Shown here: positions 42,345 through 50,611 of the stretch, one piece after another
Position numbering within the stretch: the first letter of the stretch is position 1
Layout: every line of letters begins with the position of its first letter
NCBI GenBank assembly: GCA_963847445.1
Contig: CAWJZV010000046.1
Coordinates: forward strand, 160,001 to 224,000
Length of the DNA stretch: 64,000 nucleotides
DNA from: an uncultured delta proteobacterium
GTDB taxonomy: Bacteria; Desulfobacterota; Binatia; UBA9968
Reading direction: 5' to 3'
Program-made: the position numbers and the translations under genes
Notes under the pieces: model-generated
What the model saw: only the letters and a program-made list of their open reading frames with translations
What the model was told of the DNA's origin: nothing
Database searches by the model: none

Positions 42345-43049
42345 ATGAATCTCGTGAAGGATCTTTGTGCTGAGCTCGACCAAATGGTCAACGACCAGTT
42401 CGACAGTGTCGAGTTCAAGGCGTTACTCGACCTGCCGTTGACCATGGAGCGGGCGCGTTTTTACGTCGTCCAGAACGCTTTATACACGAGCAACCGGCGC
42501 GACTGCTGGGGTTACGTTCAAGGCGCTGCGCCTTTGGATGTGAAACGGGTGATCTGGGAGCATGAAAGCGATGAATTGATCAACGATCCGCGCGCCGGCA
42601 TGGACCACTACAACCTGACCGTGAAGCAAGGCGAGGTCATCGGCCTCAAGCGCGAGGATTTTGACAACGCACAGGTGCCGGCGATGGTGCAGGCGTGCTT
42701 TCATGCCTGGCATCATATCGCCATGCGCGGCCACTGGCTGACGGCGTATACCGCGTCGCATATGCTCGAGCGCCGCAACAACGGCAAGATCGTCAAGGGC
42801 GGCGGTATGTCGTATCGTGTTGGCAAGAAGTTCGAGAACGAGTTGGGCATCAATCTAAAGCGAATGATCTCCTTGGATGTCCATGTCGTCGCCGACATGG
42901 AGCACTCCGAGAATATTTCGGAAATGTTCGAGAAATACGCCAAGACGCCGGAGGATTGCGAGCGAGTGCTGGAGGGCGCGCGCGAGTCCATGGCCATCGA
43001 CCGGGCTTACCGCGGTGCTCTGGGTTTCTACATGGAGCGGATCAATTAA
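42345..43049 (+). CDS. Heme-oxygenase-like diiron (CADD-like) protein HDO-3, paralogue of HDO-2
   Basis: HESDEL...DHY, MLERRN and VHVVADMEH; RBS GGAGG. Confidence 0.82.
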   Translation: MNLVKDLCAELDQMVNDQFDSVEFKALLDLPLTMERARFYVVQNALYTSNRRDCWGYVQGAAPLDVKRVIWEHESDELINDPRAGMDHYNLTVKQGEVIGLKREDFDNAQVPAMVQACFHAWHHIAMRGHWLTAYTASHMLERRNNGKIVKGGGMSYRVGKKFENELGINLKRMISLDVHVVADMEHSENISEMFEKYAKTPEDCERVLEGARESMAIDRAYRGALGFYMERIN

Positions 43050-43083
43050 TTTTCGGTCGGCGCACTGTTAAGGAGAACCAACG

Positions 43084-44175
43084 ATGAAAAACCTGAATTT
43101 GAACGAAGCTTCGGCATACGCGGTGAAGAGTCCCTACGAGATTTATCAAGAGTGGGAAGGGATTCCGGTTCACAAAGGTTTCATCGTGCCGGATTTGTTG
43201 GCGCTGCAGTTGGGCGACTGGCAGCGCAGCGGCGGCAAGGCCGCATTCGTCAATCAAGACGGCGCCGGCGGCATGTGCGACACGGTGGTCGAAGAGATTT
43301 CCGCTGGCGGGCAACTCAAACCGCAGCGTCATATGTACGAGAAGGCGGTTTTTATCCTGCAAGGGCAGGGCGCGACGACGATCTGGAACGAGGGCGGCAA
43401 GAAACATACCCTCGAATGGCAGAAGGGCAGCCTGTTCTCGACGCCGCTCAACACCTGGCACCAGCATTTCAACGCCCAGGGCAACGAGCCGGTGCGGCTG
43501 ATTTCCCTGACCGATGCGCCGGTGGTGATCAACCGTTACCGCAATCTAGATTACATATTTAATAACAGCTTCACCTTTAGCGATCGTTACGAGGGCGGCG
43601 CCGATGCTTGGAGCGGCGCCGGCGGACGCTACCTGGGGCCGGAGATCAAGCGCGGTCGGGTGTGGGAGTCGAACTTTATCTCCGATCTATGGGCCTTCGA
43701 GCCCAAGGATTACAAAGAGCGCGGCGGCGACAATCGCACGACGCTGTTTGAGTTCGTCGATAACACGATGAGCGCCCATGTATCGGAATTTCCCATCGGC
43801 AAATACAAAAAGGCGCATCGCCATGGCGCCGGCGCGCATATCGTCATGCTCACCGGCTCGGGCTACTCGTTCCTCTGGCCGGACGGGGAATACGGCACCA
43901 AACGGCGCGTCGAGTGGGGGAGAATGAGCATGTTCACGCCGCCGATGCAGTGGTGGCACCAGCACTTCAATGCTGGCGGCGAACCGGCGCGCTATCTGGC
44001 GCTAAAACCCTGGGGCTTCAAATTCAAAGTCGAAGAATTGAAGGATACCGGCGAGGACGTGAAAAACGGCGGTGCTCAGATCGAATACCAAGATCAGAAC
44101 CCCGAGATCCATCAAGTGTTTCTCGCCGAGTGTAAAAAGTCCGGCGCCGAGCCCCGTATGCCGATGTTCGGCTAG
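43084..44175 (+). CDS. Bicupin (gentisate-dioxygenase-like fold) protein
   Basis: Cupin 1 QRHMYEKAVFILQGQG...PLNTWHQHFN; cupin 2 KAHRHGAGAH...G.GYS...PPMQWWHQHFN. Confidence 0.88.
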   Translation: MKNLNLNEASAYAVKSPYEIYQEWEGIPVHKGFIVPDLLALQLGDWQRSGGKAAFVNQDGAGGMCDTVVEEISAGGQLKPQRHMYEKAVFILQGQGATTIWNEGGKKHTLEWQKGSLFSTPLNTWHQHFNAQGNEPVRLISLTDAPVVINRYRNLDYIFNNSFTFSDRYEGGADAWSGAGGRYLGPEIKRGRVWESNFISDLWAFEPKDYKERGGDNRTTLFEFVDNTMSAHVSEFPIGKYKKAHRHGAGAHIVMLTGSGYSFLWPDGEYGTKRRVEWGRMSMFTPPMQWWHQHFNAGGEPARYLALKPWGFKFKVEELKDTGEDVKNGGAQIEYQDQNPEIHQVFLAECKKSGAEPRMPMFG

Positions 44176-44314
44176 TGAATTTTCGGAGCGAGAAGTTAGC
44201 TAAGGGCAATCGAAGGATTCGTAAAGCGGCGCACGCTTTGGCATTGGTGATATTTTCTCGACAAGGTCAAGCCTGTGTAGTAAAATCCAGTCAAGTTCAA
44301 TTTAGTCGCCACCG

Positions 44315-44701
44315 ATGTCGATGCATAAATCTTCCGCCCAATCGGCCCGTGCCGGCAACGCCGGTTTCACTCTATTGGAACTGCTGGTTGTCATCGCCGT
44401 GTTGGGAATTCTAGCGGCCATTGCGATCCAGAATTTAGCCACTCATCGGGCGCGCGCCGTCGACGCTTCGATGCGCTCCGACCTGCGCAACGCGGCCATG
44501 GCGATGGAGAGCTATTTTGGTGAGTTTCTCACGTATCCCAGCACCGATACCGCGCTTTTATTGATTGGTTATCGTAAGACCAATCTGGTCACGCTGACGA
44601 TCGCAGTGACGACTCCGTCGACCTATACATTGACAGCGACACGTCCCTCCGGGAGCAAGCCAAGCTTCAGCTTCGACAGCACCACCGGGTTGATTAACTG
44701 A
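44315..44701 (+). CDS. Type IV pilin-like protein
   Basis: Class III signal AG|FTLLELLVVIAVLGILAAIAI with Glu at +5; SDLRNAA.AME.YF....YP. Confidence 0.9.
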   Translation: MSMHKSSAQSARAGNAGFTLLELLVVIAVLGILAAIAIQNLATHRARAVDASMRSDLRNAAMAMESYFGEFLTYPSTDTALLLIGYRKTNLVTLTIAVTTPSTYTLTATRPSGSKPSFSFDSTTGLIN

Positions 44702-45110
44702 TGGGTGTGACCCTCTACGTCGACGACTTTCTTCGCACACCTACTCATTTGCTCGCATCCGATTAGCAACGCCGACTCATCGTTTCGCTCGCGCCGCGAG
44801 CATTGCCAAAGTCTGAAATATTGTTCGAATTCCGCTGTTGAAATTTGGCAGCGGAGCAAGGGGCAAGCTCTCCGCAGTGAAGCCATGGAGCCTCTGCCTC
44901 TAAGCTCTCCTTGGATTATGGTGCGTCCGAATCGCTCGGCTGGTAAACCAGAGGTTGGAGCCGCGGCTGAACCAAGACTTTGCGACTGCGTAGTTGGCTG
45001 GCTTCACTGCTCCGGGCTCACCCCTTGCCGGTTGGAGTACTTCGTTCTCGATTGAAGAATTTGGGTTTAGCCGCACGGCCATGACCGAGCCGCGCGCGTG
45101 GTCTTGATGG

Positions 45111-45842
45111 TTACTTTGGTGTGCGCAGGAAATAGGTTTGCCCGGTAATATATCTTGCCGCGTCCGAAAGCAGGTAGCGCACCAGACCGACAATCTCAAA
45201 CTTGTGCGTCAGACCGTCCAGCAACGGCGGAACCTCTTCGCGTTTCTTGAACTGCTCTTCGCTGAAGCCGATGCGCGACATCGGTGTATCCGTTGCACCG
45301 GGACAGACGCAGTTGACCGTGATGTTGTTCGGCGCCAGCTCGACGGCGAGGGATTTGGTGAAGGCGATCACGCCGGCCTTGGATGCCGCGTAATGGGCCG
45401 AGCGCGGTTGGCCGGCGACGCCGCGGCCCGATGCGATACTGAGAATGCGTCCTTCGTTGCGCGGAATCATGTGCCTGGCGGCAGCCTGGGCGCAGAGGAA
45501 CACGCCCTTCAAGTTAATCCGCATCAGCCGGTCCCACATCTCTTCCGGCATGTCGATGACCGGCACCCGATCCATGACGCCGGCGCCGCAAAAGATGTTG
45601 TCGACCTGACCGTACTTCGCGACCGCTTGCTCCATCATGGACGCGACGCTTTTGGGATCGCCGACATCGACCTGCACGGCGATGGCGCTGCCTTTGGCAT
45701 CGCGAATCTCAGCGGCGACTTTCTCCGCCCCCTCTTTGGCGTAGTCCGCGACGACGACGTTTAGCCCATCGGCTGCCAGGCCGCGGGAAATTTCCGAACA
45801 GATACCGCCGGCGCCGCCGGTGACTAGAATTGTTTTTGCCAT
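45111..45842 (-). CDS. Short-chain dehydrogenase/reductase
   Basis: TGGAGGI, YAASK, VNCVCPG and YITGQ. Confidence 0.92.
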   Translation of the reverse strand: MAKTILVTGGAGGICSEISRGLAADGLNVVVADYAKEGAEKVAAEIRDAKGSAIAVQVDVGDPKSVASMMEQAVAKYGQVDNIFCGAGVMDRVPVIDMPEEMWDRLMRINLKGVFLCAQAAARHMIPRNEGRILSIASGRGVAGQPRSAHYAASKAGVIAFTKSLAVELAPNNITVNCVCPGATDTPMSRIGFSEEQFKKREEVPPLLDGLTHKFEIVGLVRYLLSDAARYITGQTYFLRTPK

Positions 45843-45913
45843 GACTCGTCTCCCTTTTGTCTATTGATAAGTTTGGCGAAGCTATCACCGCGGTTTGTCC
45901 GCGTCAACTTTTG

Positions 45914-47256
45914 TTAGCGGCCGCGCATCCAGGCTTGATTCACGAAGCGGCTCACATTGGTCGCGGCGCGCCAGGCCATGAGCGCGGCGATGGCGAGCAA
46001 TATTCCCGGTAGTCCCAAGTCAAATTGCCGCGCCGACCAGGCGAGCGGTATCATGATCATGGCGCCGCCGACCATGGCCCACATGAGGTAGCGGGTGTCG
46101 CGGGCGCCGATCAGTAGCCCGTCGAGGACAAAGACGGCGCCGTTGAGCGGTTGGATGAGACAAACCAGGATCGTCGCGCCTGGCGTTAGCAGCGCGATGA
46201 CTTCGACGCTGGTGGTAAAAAACTTAACGATAGTCTCCCACGCAAAGGCGAAGCTTACTGCGAATAGCAGACCCGCGATAATGCCACAGAGCGTCAGGGT
46301 CACGCCCATGCGGTATGCGCGCGCCTTTTCTGCCGATCCCAAGTATTTGGCGACCAGCGCTTGGCCGGCGATGGCCAGGCCGTCGATGACATCGGAGCAA
46401 AGCATAAAGAGCTGAAAGACGATTTCATAGGCGGATAGGGTCGCCGTGCCCATGCGCGCGGCAGTGCTGGTGGCGAAGATCAGCGAGAGGCGCAGTGCGC
46501 CGGTGCGAATGGCGAGATCTTGGCCAATGCGGAACAGCGGCCGCAGGCCGGCGCTGGTGATGCGCCACGGGATCGCGCGGTAGACGGCGGTCCGTGGTGA
46601 GTAAAAGAATAGTCCGAAGTAAGCATCGCGCCGATAAGTTGCGCACACCAGGCGGCCACCGCGGCTCCGGTCAGCCCCAGGGCCGGCAGGCCCAATCGAC
46701 CGTAGATCAGTCCGTAGTCGAGAGTGAGTTGTATGGCGGTAATGGCAAACGCCGTCACCATCGGCACTGTGGTGTTTTGAATGCCGCGATAAAACCCGAC
46801 CGAGCAGTAGATCGTCAATGTGAACGGCGCACTAGCAATGTAAATGCGAAAATAATTCGCGCCCTGCGCGGCCACGGCGGCCTCTGCGCCCATCAACTGG
46901 TAGAGCGGCTCGGCAAACAGGGCGCCGGCGCATGCGATGAATAGGCCGCCGGTGAGCGCGACAAACAGCGCGTGAAGATAAGTTTCGCCGCAGGCCTTGC
47001 TATCCCCGGCGCCATAATGATGCCCGATGAGACTGGTAGTGCCGAAGGTGAGGAAAGCGAAAAGCCAATAGACCGTGCCGATAAGCGCCGCGCCAACGGC
47101 ACGGGCGGCCAATGCCTCGGCACTCAATCTGCCGATCATGGCGGTCTCGCCGATATTCAACAACGGCAGACTCGCTTGCGCGAGCATCGCCGGAATCGCC
47201 AGGACGAGGATTTCGCGCAGGTCGGAGCGGTGTGAGGGTTGTCGCGAATCAGTCAA
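45914..47256 (-). CDS. MATE (DinF-like) efflux transporter (frameshifted)
   Basis: ILVLAIPA, ETAMIGRL, GFYRGIQNT, GLTGAA, DGLAIAGQALV and DGLLIGARDT. Confidence 0.92.
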
Positions 47257-47356
47257 GGTGGGTTCGATACGTCGGAGAGCGACGTAGGGTCACTCGATGG
47301 AAAATTCAAGCTCGCCACGAAGAGCATTGCGCGGCAGAGCCGGAACCGAAACTCGG

Positions 47357-47628
47357 AATATCTCCCGCAAAGGCGCTAAGCTCGCAAAGGTGACGGGCCT
47401 ATGCTCGTCCTCCCGAGCGGATGCGAGGGATCTGAGAAAGATTTCTCCCTGTGGTCGAAATGACAATAACTCTGAATGTGGTGCCTTTGCGCCTTGGAAC
47501 TGTGTCGTTATTGTCATGCCGAGGCGAAGGCGAAGAATCTCGCTTTCGCAAGTGGCAGACGAGGCGAGATCCTTCGCTCTGCTCAGGATGACAGGTCTGG
47601 GATTTTTGCGCATTGTGACACAGTCTCC
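47357..47628. repeat. Cluster of nested palindromic repeats
   Basis: CGCAAAGG arms enclose GTCCTCCCGAGC...GAAATGAC (47407-47464); ACTGTGTC/GACACAGT arms enclose TGTCATGCCGAG...GAGATCCTTCG...CAGGATGACA (47512-47593). Confidence 0.75.
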
Positions 47629-47694
47629 TTGGCGGGAGGAATGTTCGAATCCGAGTGTTTTCAATTTCGGGATCGTTTGCGCAAGCCACGCAAA

Positions 47695-48603
47695 TCAATT
47701 GATTCGCGCCGCGTCCGCCGGCCCGAGCGACCATTCTACGGTGTCCGGATGAATGATCCGCGCGAGAATTTCCAGTCCGTTGACGAGCCGCGGGCCGGGC
47801 CGGCTGAAGTAGGCGTTGCCGTTGAGCGCGAATACCCGTTCCGCGCGCACGGCCGGCAGGTCGTTCCAGCCGGGCAGAGCGCGCAGCGGCGTCGACTCTT
47901 TCACCGTGCGGCGGACGTCGAAACCGCAGGGCATAAGCAGAATCACTTCCGGCTGGGCGTCGACAACCTGGCGCCAGTCGATTTTCGCCGAAGGCTCGCC
48001 GGCACGACCGAGGACGTCATGACCGCCGGCGAGGGCGACCATCTCCGGCACCCAGTGACCGGCGCTGTAGAGCGGCTCGAACCACTCCAAACAAACCACC
48101 CGCGGGCGGCGGTCCGGTTCACGGCCGCCGACCTGCTCGATGCGTTGGCGCAGATTGTCGACCAGCGCCATGGCGGCGTTGCTCCGTCCGGTGGCCGCGC
48201 CGACGCGGCGAATATCGTCAAGGATCTCCTGCATGCTATGGGGGTTCAAAGAAACGATCGCCGGTGGGCGCAACAATTTGCCGGCGGCTTTGACGACTTC
48301 GCCGTAGTCCAGGGCGCAGACCTCGCACAGGCCTTGGGTGAGGATGACATCCGGCGCGGCATCGGCGAAAGCCGCTTCATCGATGAAGTACAGACCTTTA
48401 CCAGCTTGTAACAACTCGGCGACTTTGCGATCGATCTCAGCACCGCTCATGCGTTTGGGTCGAGACAGGCTTTTGACGACGATGGGTTTGTCTTGCGCCT
48501 CCGCGGGGTGGTCGCATTCATGGGTGACGCCGACAATTTGATCGCCAAGACCGAGAGCAAAAGCAATTTCAGTCGCGCCTGGCAGCAGGGAGCAAATGCG
48601 CAT
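47695..48603 (-). CDS. BtuF-like cobalamin/iron periplasmic-binding-fold protein
   Basis: MRICSLLPGATEI, VGVTHECDHP, PDVILTQ.LCEVCA, LEW, GHWVPEM, PCGF and FSRPGPRL. Confidence 0.88.
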   Translation of the reverse strand: MRICSLLPGATEIAFALGLGDQIVGVTHECDHPAEAQDKPIVVKSLSRPKRMSGAEIDRKVAELLQAGKGLYFIDEAAFADAAPDVILTQGLCEVCALDYGEVVKAAGKLLRPPAIVSLNPHSMQEILDDIRRVGAATGRSNAAMALVDNLRQRIEQVGGREPDRRPRVVCLEWFEPLYSAGHWVPEMVALAGGHDVLGRAGEPSAKIDWRQVVDAQPEVILLMPCGFDVRRTVKESTPLRALPGWNDLPAVRAERVFALNGNAYFSRPGPRLVNGLEILARIIHPDTVEWSLGPADAARIN

Positions 48604-48651
48604 GGCCGATGCATAGCGTATGAGCCGGCTTTATGCTACCGAAAAGGCTTC

Positions 48652-48941
48652 ATGTCTGAGCAATTTCGAGTGTGGACAGTCTTGGCGGAGAAGAATTTTG
48701 GTTTGTTTTGGGCGAGCTTGCCGGTCTCGTCGATCGGCAAGCAGCTTTCCCATGTGGCCATCGGTTGGCAGATCTACGCGCTGACCAGTGCGCCTTTGCC
48801 GTTGGGGCTCACCGGCGTCTTGGGCGCTTGCCGGTGGTGGTGGTCTCGCTGACCGGCGGCTTGTTGAGCTTCGTGGTTGTTGCCGCAGTGGCAGCGAAGC
48901 TGCCGGCGAAAAAATTTCCACCCCAAGATAGTCAGTTGTGA
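48652..48941 (+). pseudogene. MFS transporter remnant with large internal deletion
   Basis: NFGLFWAS..VSSIG.QLSHVAIGWQIYALTS.PL.LGL resembles an EntS-like MFS N-terminus, joined directly to a short C-terminal-like tail. Confidence 0.65.
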
Positions 48942-49047
48942 GTAGTCAGAAGTCAGATCGGTGCCGCGAAACAGTCGATGAAGTTTAATCGTTAGATGCC
49001 GGAGAGCCGGCAATGCTTGCAGAACCGCGATCGCGATACGCAATGTC

Positions 49048-50376
49048 TTACGCGATACCCTTACCCAGTTCCGTCGTACACGGGCATTGATCGGGAAAGC
49101 GTGCGCAGGCGAGTTCCGCTTCAGCCTTAACGCCGGCCGGCGCCTTCTGGCGCAATTGGGCGCGCAGCCGCTGGGTGGCAAAGAGCCAGACAATCACTGT
49201 CGTCAACGTCAGCCAAGCCATCCAACGGGTGTCCAGTGGCCCAGTGACGTTGCCGCCGGGAGCGACCCGTTGAACCCAAAAATATAATCCGACGGCGGCG
49301 ATGCCCTCGGCGATGCGTGCGCCGACGCCATCGACGGCGATCTTAACCAGCGAGCGCTCGCTGGATTCGATCGGGATAAACGCTTGTTCCCAGATCGACC
49401 GGTGAATCGACGAGCGCAGGCCGCCTTCGGTGACGCGCAGTACCGATAGGCTGAAGGCGGTGGCCGCCGCGCCGGCAAACCCGGCGCCGCCGATCAAGGC
49501 AAAGGGCAGGATCATCAAGCCGCCGCCGACGCCGATCTTGTCTTGGATCTTGGGCGCGGCGAAGAGCTGCAAGAGCAACGAACTAAAATTGAGCATGATG
49601 TAGAAGTTGGCGAAGAAGTTGGCGTTGCCCTTGGAACCCATGCTTGCGCTGGTGGCCGTGAGGTAAAATTGCACGTCGATGAGCACTCCGGCCAGGGCGC
49701 CGGCCATGGCGATGAAAAAGCAGTCCGACGGCGTAGGGCTTCGCCAGCGGCGCGAAAAAACTACGCTGCTTCTCGGTGTCTTTCATTTGGCGCGAGATTG
49801 CTCGGAAATTGTCGGTGCGTTTGCAGGACCAACGCGACCACCGCGAGGATCATCAGCGCGCCGATGAAGATCAGCCACTTGGGTTCGACCAGCGGGCCGA
49901 CCCATTTGGCGATGAAGCCGCCCGCCATCCCGCCGGCGAGGGAGCTAGCACCGATCTTGCCAAAAGCGCGCGCCGCTTGCGGCTTGGGCGTGGTCTCGAA
50001 AATATCGCTGGCGAGCAACCATAGGCTCGCGAACATGATGCCGAATACGCCGGGGATGAAAACAAAAATATTCAAAAGCAGCGGCGATTCACCGGGCCGA
50101 AGAAATGGCGCTGCCATACCCAGCACGCCGGCGGCGATTATCATCAGGCTCGACCCGCGCCGGCCGCGCGCCCCAACTCTTCATCGCTTTGACGAATAAC
50201 ATCGCGAGGGGCAGCGAGGCGGCGGTGATCATCATGGTCGCCACCGGCAGTTGAAATATGCCGTTGCCCTGAAAGAACAACGCGTCGCGGCCGGTCTTGG
50301 CGACGATAAAAGCCGCAGTCAGGATGCCGAGGCAGAGGGCGGGGTAGAGAGTGCGATGTCGTTCGGGGTCAATCAT
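49048..50376 (-). CDS. Npt1/TLC-like (ATP/ADP translocase family) MFS-fold transporter (frameshifted)
   Basis: AKTGRDALFF, W.LASDIF....A.RAF..I, LLQLF and LRSSIHRSIWEQAFIPI. Confidence 0.65.
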
Positions 50377-50611
50377 GGTGCGTTGGGGGAGTTGAAGTCA
50401 GGAGTCAGGATCACGAGGGGGCAGTCTAGTTCTCGATGATTGTAAATTCCTGCCATGGCGGATAACGACCTTAAGGCGCTAAAGTTCCTGCCATCACTGG
50501 GAATTTATGGCTTCCGGTTGAAACACCTTGGCCACGCAAGGCGGGATGATTGATTTAGTCGTCGATGCGCACTGATCTCAACGCGGAACCTGAAACGCGA
50601 AACCGATCGAA

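Noticed and set aside
35988-43049. PQQ biosynthesis (pqqC) or ethanolamine utilisation (eut) locus
   Set aside because: No pqqA/B/D/E, eutB/C or microcompartment shell genes are in the window. Only the folds are shared.
47290-47752. ORFs 47290-47664, 47297-47752 and 47399-47734
   Set aside because: They are translations of palindromic repeats (for example VILSRAKDL and EILRLRL) with no protein-family motifs.
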